DNA of 64,000 nt from Gammaproteobacteria bacterium (GTDB lineage Bacteria > Pseudomonadota > Gammaproteobacteria > GCA-001735895): NCBI GenBank assembly GCA_050288105.1, contig JBNKDE010000010.1, positions 130,375-194,374 on the forward strand. Direction: 5' to 3'. Both the position numbers and the translations under genes were made by a program. The notes beneath the pieces are model-generated. The model was not told the DNA's origin and did not search any database. It saw only the letters and a list, made by a program, of their open reading frames with translations. Positions 31,958 through 44,250 of the stretch are shown one piece after another (the stretch's first letter is position 1; each line of letters begins with the position of its first letter).

Positions 31958-32195
31958 TGATTTTTTAGCAACACAACGCGATCTGAAAGATTTTATTGCA
32001 CAAAAAATCGTCACCACCTTTGAAAAAGAAAACCTGATTACCCACTAAACTCAGCCGGTTGTGAACGTTTCGACGTTTGTTGTTTCTGATCGTGTAGAGT
32101 TTCACACGCCTTAGCTTTCCTTGCTTTGTAGTATCTTCCTGGCTGGCGTGCGAGTCCCTTTCTTTTGCTCGCCCCAAAGAAAGAGACGAAAGAAA

Positions 32196-32346
32196 AGGGC
32201 GCCCCACTGGAGCGGCCTGCGGCTTCCCGAAAATCGAACCATTTAGCAAGGCACGGACAGACTCGCATCCTTGCTCGACTGTCCTCAGCGCACGTCCGTG
32301 TGCGCAGACCTTACTAAATGGCCCGATTTTCGGCACTCCAGAAGGG
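32196..32346. repeat. Roughly 150-bp nested imperfect palindrome (long extended stem-loop) in a coding-free 815-bp gap
   Basis: Outer arms ccccactggag / ctccagaagggg. Middle arms cccgaaaatcgaaccatttagcaagg / ccttactaaatggcccgattttcgg (22/25 complementary). Inner arms gcacggac / gtccgtgc. Confidence 0.55.
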
Positions 32347-32733
32347 GAGATAAAACCAGCTGTTGCATTCACGTTTGGCCTTCATTGCCGAAACCGGTAA
32401 AGGTTTCGAGGCAGCAGGTGATTCGTAAATTAAGATGCAAAACTTCACAGCGTGGCTGAAACAGATGGGAAATCATGTTAACAATCAAAGCAGGGGATTA
32501 TCTCTGGCTTTTTATTTCTCTGCACCATTGCTGCTCAGGGTTCGCTCGCCTACTGGGAAGCATTTACACTGTCTCTAGACAAAGTGTGTCGTATTTGGCG
32601 CTTTTTAAATCCGCCCCTTCTCAGCGTCTTTTCTAAACTACACTTAAAGTAGCTATTGATGAAAACACTGCTTTTTAGGCCCCAGGTCAGGCAGGTACGC
32701 ATCAGTTGAGACGGTTAATACGGGAGAAACTCG

Positions 32734-33240
32734 ATGAAAATACTACTCTCTGCATTACTTCTCCTCGTTTCCGGCGGGGTAAGGGCAGATCCTGTCGAGC
32801 AATTGATTCCCATGCAAACCTTTGGCGCCAGAACTTATTATATCGATACAGAAATACCCGGCGCAGGGAAACACTCGATGCTGGTGGATACGGGCTCGGC
32901 GTATTCGGTTATCAACGAGGAAACGCTGGCGGAGCTGAGCAGCACTGGCCAGGCGCAGTTTATAAAGCAGTTACGTGGACGCATGGCGGATGGGTCGGAA
33001 AGACGGGTGCCGCTATATCGGATTGCGGCGATAAATCTTGGTGGAAGCTGTTTAATCAAGGATGTCGATGTGGCTATCATCAATGGTAACTCGCGACAAA
33101 TCATTGGAATCTCAACATTAATGCGAGCCGCGCCGTTTGGTATGTCTTTTGATCCCCCTGTACTTTCGCTGAACCAGTGCGTGCAAAATGAACAGCAGGC
33201 AAGTTTAGAGAATGATAAAAATCTGCTAACCATTCAGTAA
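32734..33240 (+). CDS. Secreted retropepsin-like (clan AA) aspartic protease
   Basis: Signal peptide and LVDTGSAYSVIN (DTGS catalytic motif). Confidence 0.75.
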   Translation: MKILLSALLLLVSGGVRADPVEQLIPMQTFGARTYYIDTEIPGAGKHSMLVDTGSAYSVINEETLAELSSTGQAQFIKQLRGRMADGSERRVPLYRIAAINLGGSCLIKDVDVAIINGNSRQIIGISTLMRAAPFGMSFDPPVLSLNQCVQNEQQASLENDKNLLTIQ

Positions 33241-33312
33241 AACGGCCAGATTCCAGAATAAGCCTTGTTAATCTGAAACCTGGTTAAATCTCTTCATGAT
33301 GGAAAAGATAGG

Positions 33313-33591
33313 GCCATTGGTAAAGTCGAGGGAAATCTGACGAATAGTATAAGGGCACCTCTAAAAATTGTCTTTTTCCGCGATTCCATCCTTAGGTCCG
33401 TAAACGGCACATCCTTGTGCCACTCCTGCGGCGTTAGCTCCGTACTCGAATACCCAAAGCATTCGCTGCGCTCACGGGGCAGGCTCTCCTCATGTATGTC
33501 ATATACACTGCGGTTCTCCGTGCGGAGCTTCCTTGCACTCACAAAAAAATCCGAATTTTTAGAGGAGCCCTTAACAAACTACCAATGGCCC
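33313..33591. repeat. Roughly 280-bp element bounded by terminal inverted repeats (MITE-like or structured RNA) in a convergent intergenic region
   Basis: Left end gggccattggta...gggcacctctaaaaattg. Right end caatttttagaggagccc...taccaatggccc, i.e. two TIR blocks (12/12 and about 16/18 complementary). Internal small hairpins (ggcacatccttgtgcc). No convincing ORF. Confidence 0.5.
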
Positions 33592-33602
33592 AAAAGCGAT
33601 GC

Positions 33603-33863
33603 CTACTCGTTAATCATTTCAAATTTAGCAAACTCTGCCTGATCCAGGGCGCCATCTGCGTTTGTATCCAGCTCGCTCCACTGTTCTGACAAAATTGGGT
33701 ATGCAGAAGCTTCTTGTTGATTAATGGAGCCGTCTTTATTGGCGTCGATTTTGTTGTACAGGCTATCGTCAGCGGCTACTGTGACGCCTGAGAAAACGAC
33801 TACGAGTGCTGCAAGAGTTAACTTTTTAAACATGTTTGTATTCCTTAAAGATTGAGTTATCAA
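33603..33863 (-). CDS. Secreted EF-hand calcium-binding protein
   Basis: Signal peptide and two canonical EF-hand loops (DANKDGSINQQE; DTNADGALDQAE). Confidence 0.75.
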   Translation of the reverse strand: MITQSLRNTNMFKKLTLAALVVVFSGVTVAADDSLYNKIDANKDGSINQQEASAYPILSEQWSELDTNADGALDQAEFAKFEMINE

Positions 33864-34188
33864 ATATATGGCTGGATCTGTAATCCTTTCGCCAGTAGTG
33901 GTATTGCAGGACTTAAGCCATTCATAAAAAATCTTTTTATTTCAACGGTTTAAAAAACAACCCGGTGTTTTGATCAGGCTAAGCTGTCGCTATAAGGAGA
34001 CAGTGAAAATCGCATTTACGGCAATTCTCACGGTAACAGGCTGTTTATGACTGTCGCTAAATAGAGACAGAAAAATAGCAGGAGAAAGCGCTGCATTTAT
34101 CACCGGAAAAGTTACAAAGTTGTGATAATTATTTTCAATATTAGGATAGACTGATTGAAATTTAACGCCATTATTTAAGGGAGTAAAA

Positions 34189-35631
34189 GTGCGCTTCAAA
34201 GTAGCTACTTCCATAAAACAATTAATTTTTATTGGATTTATTCTGGTCGTTCTCCCATTAACCGTTGTGCTCATCAGTACCTTTTATCAGGTCGATTCAC
34301 TATCCAGACAAATGCAGGGAACCATAGCTGAAACCACGTCAAGTACCGAGTCCAGTCGAATCATTGTTTCCCAGGTACTCAATCTGGAGCGTACAGCGCG
34401 TCAATACTGGGTACTGCGCGAGGGCAGCTTGCTGAAGCGCTACGAAGATCAGCGCGAGCAATTACTCGGCAGCATAGAAAATTTTACCCGATACCCTCTG
34501 GGTGATCTGATATTAAAAAGAATGCAGGATCTGGAGTCTGCAGAAAATCAACTGTATGAAAAGTTGCAAAAAGCCGATGCCGGTTCTGTGGCGACGGTAA
34601 AACAAACCAGTCTTTCTGATCTGTCAGTTCTGGTGCGTGATTTACCCCTTGACGTCGGCAGTCGGGTTAATGAAAAAAGTCAGGCAATGAGTCAACGCAT
34701 TGATAACGTCGAACAATTGTTGCTGCTCCAGATTCTGGCATTGATACCGCTGGCTTTGGTAATAGCTACGGTGTTTGGTGTTTTGATTACCCGCCCTTTG
34801 CAACAGTTGGGTAGCATTATTAACAAACTGGGCAGTGCTGATTTTACCAGCGAGATCCGGGTCAAAGGGCCGCAGGATATTCAACAGCTAGGCAGCAAAC
34901 TAGACTGGTTAAGACTGCAGTTAGCGGAATTGGATCAACAAAAGAAGATATTCCTGCAGCATGTGTCGCATGAATTGAAAACGCCTCTAACAGCATTGTG
35001 CGAAGGCGTTTCATTATTACAGGATCGGATTGCCGGTCCATTAACCGCCGATCAGCTGGAGATTGTTGAAATTCTGCACAAGAGTGGTTTGCAGTTACAG
35101 AAAGAAGTAGAGGCGTTGCTGGATTTTAATTTAGCCCTGAGCCAGCAAAAGCCTGTTAACAGTGAGCTTTTATGGCTCGATCAATTAGTGGTAAAAACCA
35201 TAGAAAAACACTTGCTGGAGTTGAGGTCACGTGCAGTGACGATAGAACAGAATCTGGAAAAAATAAGTCTAAAGGGGGACAGAGTTCAATTGATGACGAT
35301 AATTGATAACCTGCTGTCGAATGCCATTAAATATTCTCCCAAAAACTCAAATATTCGTATCTTGTTAACAGAAATTAAGAGCAATGCGCAGCTGGATGTG
35401 GTGGACAGTGGACCGGGAATCGATCAACAGGATGAGCTGCGCATCTTTGAGCCATTCTATCAGGGACGCCATGCGCATCAGGGCTCGGTGAGAGGCACCG
35501 GGCTTGGGCTCGCAATCGTAAATCGCTATGTGTTATTACATCATGGATCAATCAAGGTGATTCGCTCATTAAAAGGTGCGCATCTGCGCGTCAGCTTACC
35601 TTTGCAAACATCAGGGCTGGTAAATGTCTAA
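34189..35631 (+). CDS. Sensor histidine kinase, GlrK/QseE-like
   Basis: GTG start with RBS AAGGGAG. The H-box region FLQHVSHELKTPLTALCEGVSLL...GPLT..Q.EIV.IL is highly similar to E. coli GlrK. Has a HATPase_c domain. Confidence 0.85.
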   Translation: MRFKVATSIKQLIFIGFILVVLPLTVVLISTFYQVDSLSRQMQGTIAETTSSTESSRIIVSQVLNLERTARQYWVLREGSLLKRYEDQREQLLGSIENFTRYPLGDLILKRMQDLESAENQLYEKLQKADAGSVATVKQTSLSDLSVLVRDLPLDVGSRVNEKSQAMSQRIDNVEQLLLLQILALIPLALVIATVFGVLITRPLQQLGSIINKLGSADFTSEIRVKGPQDIQQLGSKLDWLRLQLAELDQQKKIFLQHVSHELKTPLTALCEGVSLLQDRIAGPLTADQLEIVEILHKSGLQLQKEVEALLDFNLALSQQKPVNSELLWLDQLVVKTIEKHLLELRSRAVTIEQNLEKISLKGDRVQLMTIIDNLLSNAIKYSPKNSNIRILLTEIKSNAQLDVVDSGPGIDQQDELRIFEPFYQGRHAHQGSVRGTGLGLAIVNRYVLLHHGSIKVIRSLKGAHLRVSLPLQTSGLVNV

Positions 35632-36209
35632 TGCTTAAATTGAGAACCTTTTATGGGGCATTGATCAGTATGATTATCCTGCAGGCTGGCTGCTTAAGTC
35701 GCCCGATTATAAATGAACCTTCTCCGGATAAATCCATCGAAATGAAAGCAGATTCCGTCGCCTGTGAAGATGATCCGCTAGATTACTATAACGCTATGCC
35801 TGTGTTATCCGAGGTAGCGCCCAGGCATGATATCGATAGTGGAATCGAGCGACAAAAAGTTGATGAAGACTGTTCCAAATTGCGCAAGGCGATCAGGCTG
35901 AGTATTCCTGGCAGCGAGTTTCAAAATGATGAACAAGCGCTGGTCTTATTAAATGAGATCAAACTCAATTCAACTTTAGTGGGCAGAGACCTGAAGTTTA
36001 GCCTGATGCTATTGCAGCATGTTTCTCAGCGCCAGCAGTTAAGAAACATGTTAGCGCTTCAGGAAAAGCACCGTATTAAAACCGTTGAAAAAAATAAGAT
36101 ATTAAAAAGCCAGCTCGAAACCTTACAGCTAAAACTCGATCAGCTAAAAAATATAGAGATAGAACTTGATAAAAAGGAACGATCCGTGATCAGTCCGATT
36201 GGTGAATAG
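35631..36209 (+). CDS. Lipoprotein, QseG/YfhG-like, encoded between kinase and regulator
   Basis: Lipobox (LQAGC), a coiled-coil C-terminus, and a position identical to qseG in the glrK-qseG-glrR module. Confidence 0.6.
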   Translation: MLKLRTFYGALISMIILQAGCLSRPIINEPSPDKSIEMKADSVACEDDPLDYYNAMPVLSEVAPRHDIDSGIERQKVDEDCSKLRKAIRLSIPGSEFQNDEQALVLLNEIKLNSTLVGRDLKFSLMLLQHVSQRQQLRNMLALQEKHRIKTVEKNKILKSQLETLQLKLDQLKNIEIELDKKERSVISPIGE

Positions 36210-36215
36210 TAGAAA

Positions 36216-37574
36216 ATGACAAAGCAGAAAATCTTGCTGGTGGATGATGATGAAAGCCTGTTAAAGCTTCTATCGATTCGCCTAAAAAGTTCTGGTTACG
36301 ATATACAGACCGCGCAGGATGCGCACCATGCCTTATCGCGTTTAGCGGTGTTTCAGCCTCAACTGGTGATCACCGATCTACGCATGGGGGAGATGGATGG
36401 GCTTGCACTGTTCGACCGCATTCATCAACAATATCCATCGCTACCGGTAATTCTGTTAACGGCACATGGCACCATTGCCGGCGCGGTTGATGCGACACGT
36501 AAAGGGATTTTTAGCTATCTCACCAAGCCATTTGATGGGCATCAACTCCTGCGCGAAATCGAGCAGGCATTGCGGCAATCGCCGGGTTTAAGTGCTCAGC
36601 AGGATGATGCTGATAATCACGCCTGGCGCAGCGATATTATCACGCAAAACCAGGCGATGGAGGAATTGCTCAAACAGGCGTTACGGCTTGCAAAATCAGA
36701 TGTCAGTATTCTGATTCAGGGGGCAAGTGGCAGTGGTAAAGAAGTGCTCGCCCAGGCGATCCATAAAGCCAGTCAACGCAGTAAGCATCCCTTTATTGCC
36801 ATCAACTGCGCGGCAATCCACGAAAACCTGTTAGAGTCAGAGTTATTCGGGCACAAAAAAGGCGCCTTTACCGGGGCGGATAGCAGTCATACCGGGATGA
36901 TCGAGTCAGCCAATCGAGGTAGTTTATTTCTCGACGAAATCGGCGACATGCCGCTGGATTTTCAGGCAAAGTTGTTACGCGCACTGGAAGAAAAATGCAT
37001 ACGTCCGGTTGGTTCAAATCAAACCGTCGATGTCGATGTAAGAATTATTTCAGCGACGCATGTAAACCTGGAGCAGGCGGTGGAAAACAAAACCTTTCGC
37101 GAAGACCTGTATTACCGGCTGAACGTCGTCGTGCTTGAAATTCCTTCACTGGCCGAACGGCGTGAAGATATCGTGTTACTCGCCAAACATTTTTTAAACA
37201 AAACCTTGCAGGTAACCCCGGACTGCGTCGCGCGATCATTTTCACCAGAAGCCCTGCAGTACATGATGACCGCACCCTGGCCAGGAAATATTCGTCAATT
37301 GCTAAACGTCGTTGAGCAGGTTGCGGTACTGAGTAATACGCCGGTGATTTCAGAACAGTTAGTGATTCGAGCATTACGCGGTAAAACCTCGGTATTGCCG
37401 CCATTGGCAGAAGCGCAGCAGGAATTTGAGCAGAAATACCTGATACGTTTATTACAGATGACCGAAGGCAATGTGACCTGGGCGGCGCGCCTGGCCAAAC
37501 GAAACCGCACCGATTTTTACAAGTTGCTGAATAAGCATCATCTGGAAGCATCCGCATTTCGGCAGCTTGAGTAA
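36216..37574 (+). CDS. Sigma-54-dependent response regulator (NtrC family), GlrR/QseF-like
   Basis: Receiver domain plus AAA+ sigma54-activation domain (GESGSGKE-like GASGSGKE, GAFTGA) plus a C-terminal HTH. Confidence 0.9.
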   Translation: MTKQKILLVDDDESLLKLLSIRLKSSGYDIQTAQDAHHALSRLAVFQPQLVITDLRMGEMDGLALFDRIHQQYPSLPVILLTAHGTIAGAVDATRKGIFSYLTKPFDGHQLLREIEQALRQSPGLSAQQDDADNHAWRSDIITQNQAMEELLKQALRLAKSDVSILIQGASGSGKEVLAQAIHKASQRSKHPFIAINCAAIHENLLESELFGHKKGAFTGADSSHTGMIESANRGSLFLDEIGDMPLDFQAKLLRALEEKCIRPVGSNQTVDVDVRIISATHVNLEQAVENKTFREDLYYRLNVVVLEIPSLAERREDIVLLAKHFLNKTLQVTPDCVARSFSPEALQYMMTAPWPGNIRQLLNVVEQVAVLSNTPVISEQLVIRALRGKTSVLPPLAEAQQEFEQKYLIRLLQMTEGNVTWAARLAKRNRTDFYKLLNKHHLEASAFRQLE

Positions 37575-37746
37575 AGCGTTATGTTTGGGCATAGCAGCGA
37601 TGTTAAAAGAATAGCAAGTCCAACCCCGTTTCAAGCCCTGTTTCAACGCAAAATTGAATTTAGCTCTGCTGTTTGACCCAGAACAGCACATCCTAAAATC
37701 AATCGTCTTATACTTGATACCAACGACACAGAAGAGGATCTCGATC

Positions 37747-38088
37747 ATGCTACCTATTACTATAGAGTTTAACGTCGAAAAGGATGGCAGGGTGTTTAAG
37801 GAAGATAGTGTTACCTTTAATTCTGCGGAAGATCTGTTCGCTTATGTTGCACCTGGCGGTGGTTGCGAACACATGCCATCAGACCTGGGCGAAATCCAGA
37901 TGATGTTTACCTCGCCCAAACACCCCAATACCATGAATCCGATAGCTGATAAACGAGTTAATCTGCAGTTGGGTATGGTGATGTTAACGGGCTCCTTGTC
38001 TACCATTGTTTCTATTGCCCAGGAAATCATAGACAAAGTGGGGCGCGGAGAACTGTCTGACGCATTTCTATCGGTGATCGGGAAATAG
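37747..38088 (+). CDS. Hypothetical protein (113 aa)
   Basis: ORF with coding-like composition. No recognisable domain. Confidence 0.45.
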   Translation: MLPITIEFNVEKDGRVFKEDSVTFNSAEDLFAYVAPGGGCEHMPSDLGEIQMMFTSPKHPNTMNPIADKRVNLQLGMVMLTGSLSTIVSIAQEIIDKVGRGELSDAFLSVIGK

Positions 38089-38330
38089 GCTGGAACCTCT
38101 TACCCTACGCTAAGATGTATTCAGGGAGTATGGCGCAGTCCCCTGATTATCTATTGTAAGCCAGTGACCCCGGGGCCAAGCCGGGGGTAGCGGCCTTTAT
38201 CAGCCTGTCGAGTCCTCGCATAATCTGGTAAACCGCACTATACTTCCCGCGCTGTGATTATTGCCTCTCAAAATGTGTTACCGGTTTTAAATCCCCATCT
38301 TTGTATTAAACCCATCTGTTATCAGAAATT

Positions 38331-40658
<2,328 letters not shown>

Positions 40659-40911
40659 AGAATAATATCGTTATCACTTTAGCGGTATTAATAAGCTAGC
40701 CAGCTTCCAGGCGTTTTTGTAGACCCGGTTAAATTGATCAGAGGTGCCTTAATTGCGGGCCTATTTTAATGGGCCACATTCGTTGCACAATGCTGATTTA
40801 GCGTCTAGGATAGTAGTTATAATAAAATAAATATTCAGGTAGCAGCATTGCAATATGTTACCCGGTCTTTAGGTAGTTTATCTTATCACCCTAGACTTTC
40901 ATGCCAGGAAA

Positions 40912-41922
40912 ATGACTGCTTTTGAAGATGCCTTTATCAAGACGCTAAAGAATGCCTTTCGTCTCGATCTTGAAACCACACGTTATCGTTATAATGAACT
41001 GAGTTTCGTGTTGTTTTTTGGGGTTGGCATTGTCTCAGTGTTGGCGCTTCTCCTGGTGCCATGGTTCGACTATAAAAGTGTTATTTACAGCTATACCGCC
41101 TATTGTTTCCTGATTACTGCTTTTATTAAATTTAGATCTTGTGGAATCACATTAGGTGTTGCTCTGTGGCAGGTTCCACTAGGGCTAACGATGATTGTAT
41201 CATTGCTGGTAATTATGCCTTTGGATATGCTTTATCTGACGGGGTTCTTATTCCCGATATTGTTCATATTTGTCTTCGAGTTTCATCATCGCCGATATAC
41301 GCGATGGGTCTTTGCAGTGGGGCTGGCCACTTCAGCAGTTATTACTTCACAACGCGGCCTACCATATTGGCAGGCCTATCTGGTAACCACTTTCGGCTCA
41401 ACCTTGATCATTGGACGTGTAGTGGAAACAGCTACACAAAGGATTATGGATCTGGCGAATAATGATGCTTTGACTGGACTGATTAACCGTCGTCACTGGG
41501 AGGAAAGGCTAAGTCATATGGTAAGCCTCAATAAGCGGGATAAAAATCCAGTCACTCTGGTTTTTATGGATCTTGATGATTTCAAAAAAGTTAATGATGA
41601 ATTCGGACATGCAGCAGGAGACCAGCTGTTAATATCTGTAGCCGAGCAGTTGAAGGAGTTATGTCGGGATACTGATTTACTTGGTCGTTGGGGCGGCGAT
41701 GAATTCGGTATCGTGTTACCTCATGTTGATCGTGATCATGCCACCCTGTTTGTTCAGAGGTTACGAACGAAACTACATAATACCGGTATTTCGGCAGGCG
41801 TTGTCACATTGCGTGAAGGTGAGTCAATGGAGGAGTTTCTCTCCAGAGCAGACAAGGCAATGTACAGGGATAAAGAAACACGTAAAGGGACCATAGATGA
41901 TAGTGTTTCTGTATCGATTTGA
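40912..41922 (+). CDS. Membrane-anchored diguanylate cyclase (GGDEF)
   Basis: About five TM helices, then a GGDEF domain (RWGGDEFGIVL). Confidence 0.85.
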   Translation: MTAFEDAFIKTLKNAFRLDLETTRYRYNELSFVLFFGVGIVSVLALLLVPWFDYKSVIYSYTAYCFLITAFIKFRSCGITLGVALWQVPLGLTMIVSLLVIMPLDMLYLTGFLFPILFIFVFEFHHRRYTRWVFAVGLATSAVITSQRGLPYWQAYLVTTFGSTLIIGRVVETATQRIMDLANNDALTGLINRRHWEERLSHMVSLNKRDKNPVTLVFMDLDDFKKVNDEFGHAAGDQLLISVAEQLKELCRDTDLLGRWGGDEFGIVLPHVDRDHATLFVQRLRTKLHNTGISAGVVTLREGESMEEFLSRADKAMYRDKETRKGTIDDSVSVSI

Positions 41923-42184
41923 TTTTTTCAGTTTCTTATCAGTTTTTGAGAAACTGAATCGTTTAATAGACAGGCCTGATCACCTATAGTTTTAAATTAT
42001 CATCTGTTGATAGAAATGCCCGACGGAAATTTGAGTCAGGGGATGCGACTGTTAAGTGGGTCTATACGCAAACCCATAATCGAGCTAATGACCGGGTCGG
42101 ACAGGTATTTCAGATAAGGTTTAAAGCCATCCTGGTATAGAAAGCTTTGTTACAAATACTGGAATTGTTTACAGGAGTATTAAT

Positions 42185-43411
42185 ATGAGAACGTTATTGG
42201 TCTATCTGCTCACCATGCTTTCCCTGACTGCCTGTGGTGGCAGTTCTTCGTCTTCTACAACGCCCACAGCTGAAAAACTCACCATCTCCGGAGCGCCCGG
42301 TGATTTGGGTATGTTTGACCCTTCGGTAACGTATGATCCGACTACGGGGTATATCTGGATGAGTTATTCCTCAGTGAATACTTCGCCCAATTATAATTCG
42401 ACAGCTTACTGGGGTGTTTCGATTCGTCTGGCTTATTCCGATGACAATGGTGTCAGTTGGCATGATGCAGGTGAGATAGCAGCCGCTGTTGAAAGAACAG
42501 ATTTCGGGCCAATGGCTTCTACCACACCTCCGGTCGCGGTAAGCAGTAGAGGTATCTGGCAGAACGAAACTTCATCGCTGGTTTATGACCCCGCTGCACC
42601 GGTAGGAGAAGAATGGAAATTGATCTGGTTCCAGTATCTGCACGCAGATCAGTCATCTTTATATGGCGACTATAGCTGGATTGCCCTGAAAACGGCCGCA
42701 ACCCCACTGAGCCTGATTGCAGCGACGCCAGTCAAATTGTTTGGTGGTGCAGGCTTGCAAGGAGATAATAACAATACGGCGACACCGCTGTTTTCCCCTA
42801 TCGGTACGACACCGGCCTTTCAGTTGAATACGGATATCACACAAACAGTGGGCGGCCCTGATCCAGCCGAATTGAACTGGTGTATCTTTCTCGAACCTGG
42901 CTTACTTGCCACGAACAGCAAGCTGTATATGAGTATATACTGTGCCGATGCGTCCTCTATACCTACCACAAGCAAAGTTACTGAGTACGTGGTGCACTTC
43001 AGTTGCACCAGTCCGTGCAACATCACCAACGCGGCAAGCTGGCAATACCTTGGGCGACTATTAACACCGGCGGACGCTCAGGCAGAAACAGGCGATCACC
43101 ATTTTCAGGCACCTGCATTAATAGAGAAGAACGGTAAAACCTATTTGACCGTGACACCCGTGGATACAACTGTAGGAGATCGTTATAACGGTTGCAGGGT
43201 GTATGAGTTTGTTAACGTGAACACAAATCAGTTAGTTCGCAATGGAGGTCAGCTTGTGGAGCAGGCAGGTGTGTATGGCGATACCGATACACACCATGGC
43301 GCATGTGATACCTTCGATGGGCTGGATGGAGGTATCCTGTTAAGCCAACTAAAAACACCTGGAGCGGCAGATATGTTCTCGATTTATAAAAGCCAGCTGA
43401 GCCTGCCTTAG
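42185..43411 (+). CDS. Lipoprotein with an Asp-box (BNR-like) motif, function unknown
   Basis: Lipobox LTACGG, a Ser-rich linker, and one clear Asp-box SDDNGVSW. Confidence 0.6.
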   Translation: MRTLLVYLLTMLSLTACGGSSSSSTTPTAEKLTISGAPGDLGMFDPSVTYDPTTGYIWMSYSSVNTSPNYNSTAYWGVSIRLAYSDDNGVSWHDAGEIAAAVERTDFGPMASTTPPVAVSSRGIWQNETSSLVYDPAAPVGEEWKLIWFQYLHADQSSLYGDYSWIALKTAATPLSLIAATPVKLFGGAGLQGDNNNTATPLFSPIGTTPAFQLNTDITQTVGGPDPAELNWCIFLEPGLLATNSKLYMSIYCADASSIPTTSKVTEYVVHFSCTSPCNITNAASWQYLGRLLTPADAQAETGDHHFQAPALIEKNGKTYLTVTPVDTTVGDRYNGCRVYEFVNVNTNQLVRNGGQLVEQAGVYGDTDTHHGACDTFDGLDGGILLSQLKTPGAADMFSIYKSQLSLP

Positions 43412-43445
43412 GATGCTCTGGGGGCTTATATAATCTACATACAGT

Positions 43446-44048
43446 TTAGGGCAGTACACTAGCCTTTGGCACTATCAAGTTTGCAAGATAGTTTGCGTGT
43501 TGCTCTATTGCTGTATCCGTTCTTGGATCGGTTCCGGTCAGGTGTTTACACTCGTTAGGTGCACAAAAGATTAAACCCGCAGCACCGGTTAGTATGTAGA
43601 GCATATGGGGTAGCTCAGTCTGCGGTATATCAGCCATGACTTCGGAAAACTTCTGATACAGGGGGCGCAGGTGGGTGTCGACAATCCAGCGCGATCGTTC
43701 GTTGTTCTCCTTCCCGTGTTCCAGCATGAAACGTAAAAATTCTGGATGAGCCGCGCATAAATAGACGCTTTGGCGAATGAGGTTGCGTTTCGCTTCTAAT
43801 GGGTCAAGCGCCTTATCGGGAGACAGGGCGTCTTTCAATGCTTCATTTACCTTCGCGAATAGATGATCTGCTGCGGCTCGCCATAGCGCTTCCTTGGACT
43901 TGAAGTGATAGGTGAGGAGGCCCTGACTGACTTTTGCTCGATCAGCGATTGCACGCGTACTAATCCCGTTAAACCCTGATTCCGATATGGCCATCAGGGC
44001 GGCATTGAGGATTAGTTCGCGAGTTGCTTCACGTTGTTCTGTTTTCAT
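43446..44048 (-). CDS. TetR-family transcriptional regulator
   Basis: N-terminal TetR HTH (GFNGISTRAIADRAKVSQGLLTYHFKSKEAL). Divergent from the efflux operon. Confidence 0.85.
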   Translation of the reverse strand: MKTEQREATRELILNAALMAISESGFNGISTRAIADRAKVSQGLLTYHFKSKEALWRAAADHLFAKVNEALKDALSPDKALDPLEAKRNLIRQSVYLCAAHPEFLRFMLEHGKENNERSRWIVDTHLRPLYQKFSEVMADIPQTELPHMLYILTGAAGLIFCAPNECKHLTGTDPRTDTAIEQHANYLANLIVPKASVLP

Positions 44049-44250
44049 GGGGTAGATTATCGCCTATTCGATTGACAAGTGAAAACTTAAAATGCAATAT
44101 CGCTTGCTTGTCAGTTGACAAGTTAGTTTGGATTCATAAATCCGTTACCCGGGCATTGCGATGGATAATATCATTGCTGCAGTAAATCTAAGGAAGCGGG
44201 TTTTACGCTATGGGTGTCTGATGATGCTTGAGCAGAGATTGAGAAATGTC

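Noticed and set aside
31965-32372. 135-aa minus-strand ORF in the dbpA-protease gap
   Set aside because: Composition (runs of R/S/G/C, no hydrophobic core pattern) and overlap with the long palindromic element argue that it is non-coding. The region is treated as a structured or repeat element instead.
33294-33542. 82-aa minus-strand ORF inside the TIR-bounded element
   Set aside because: Lies entirely within the inverted-repeat element, has no RBS and has low-complexity composition. Judged non-coding.
33864-34188. Search for a glmY-like sigma54-dependent sRNA upstream of the GlrK-like kinase
   Set aside because: No TGGCAC-N5-TTGC promoter and no obvious terminator-flanked small transcript unit. 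The region looks like an ordinary AT-rich divergent promoter. Reported as a negative observation.
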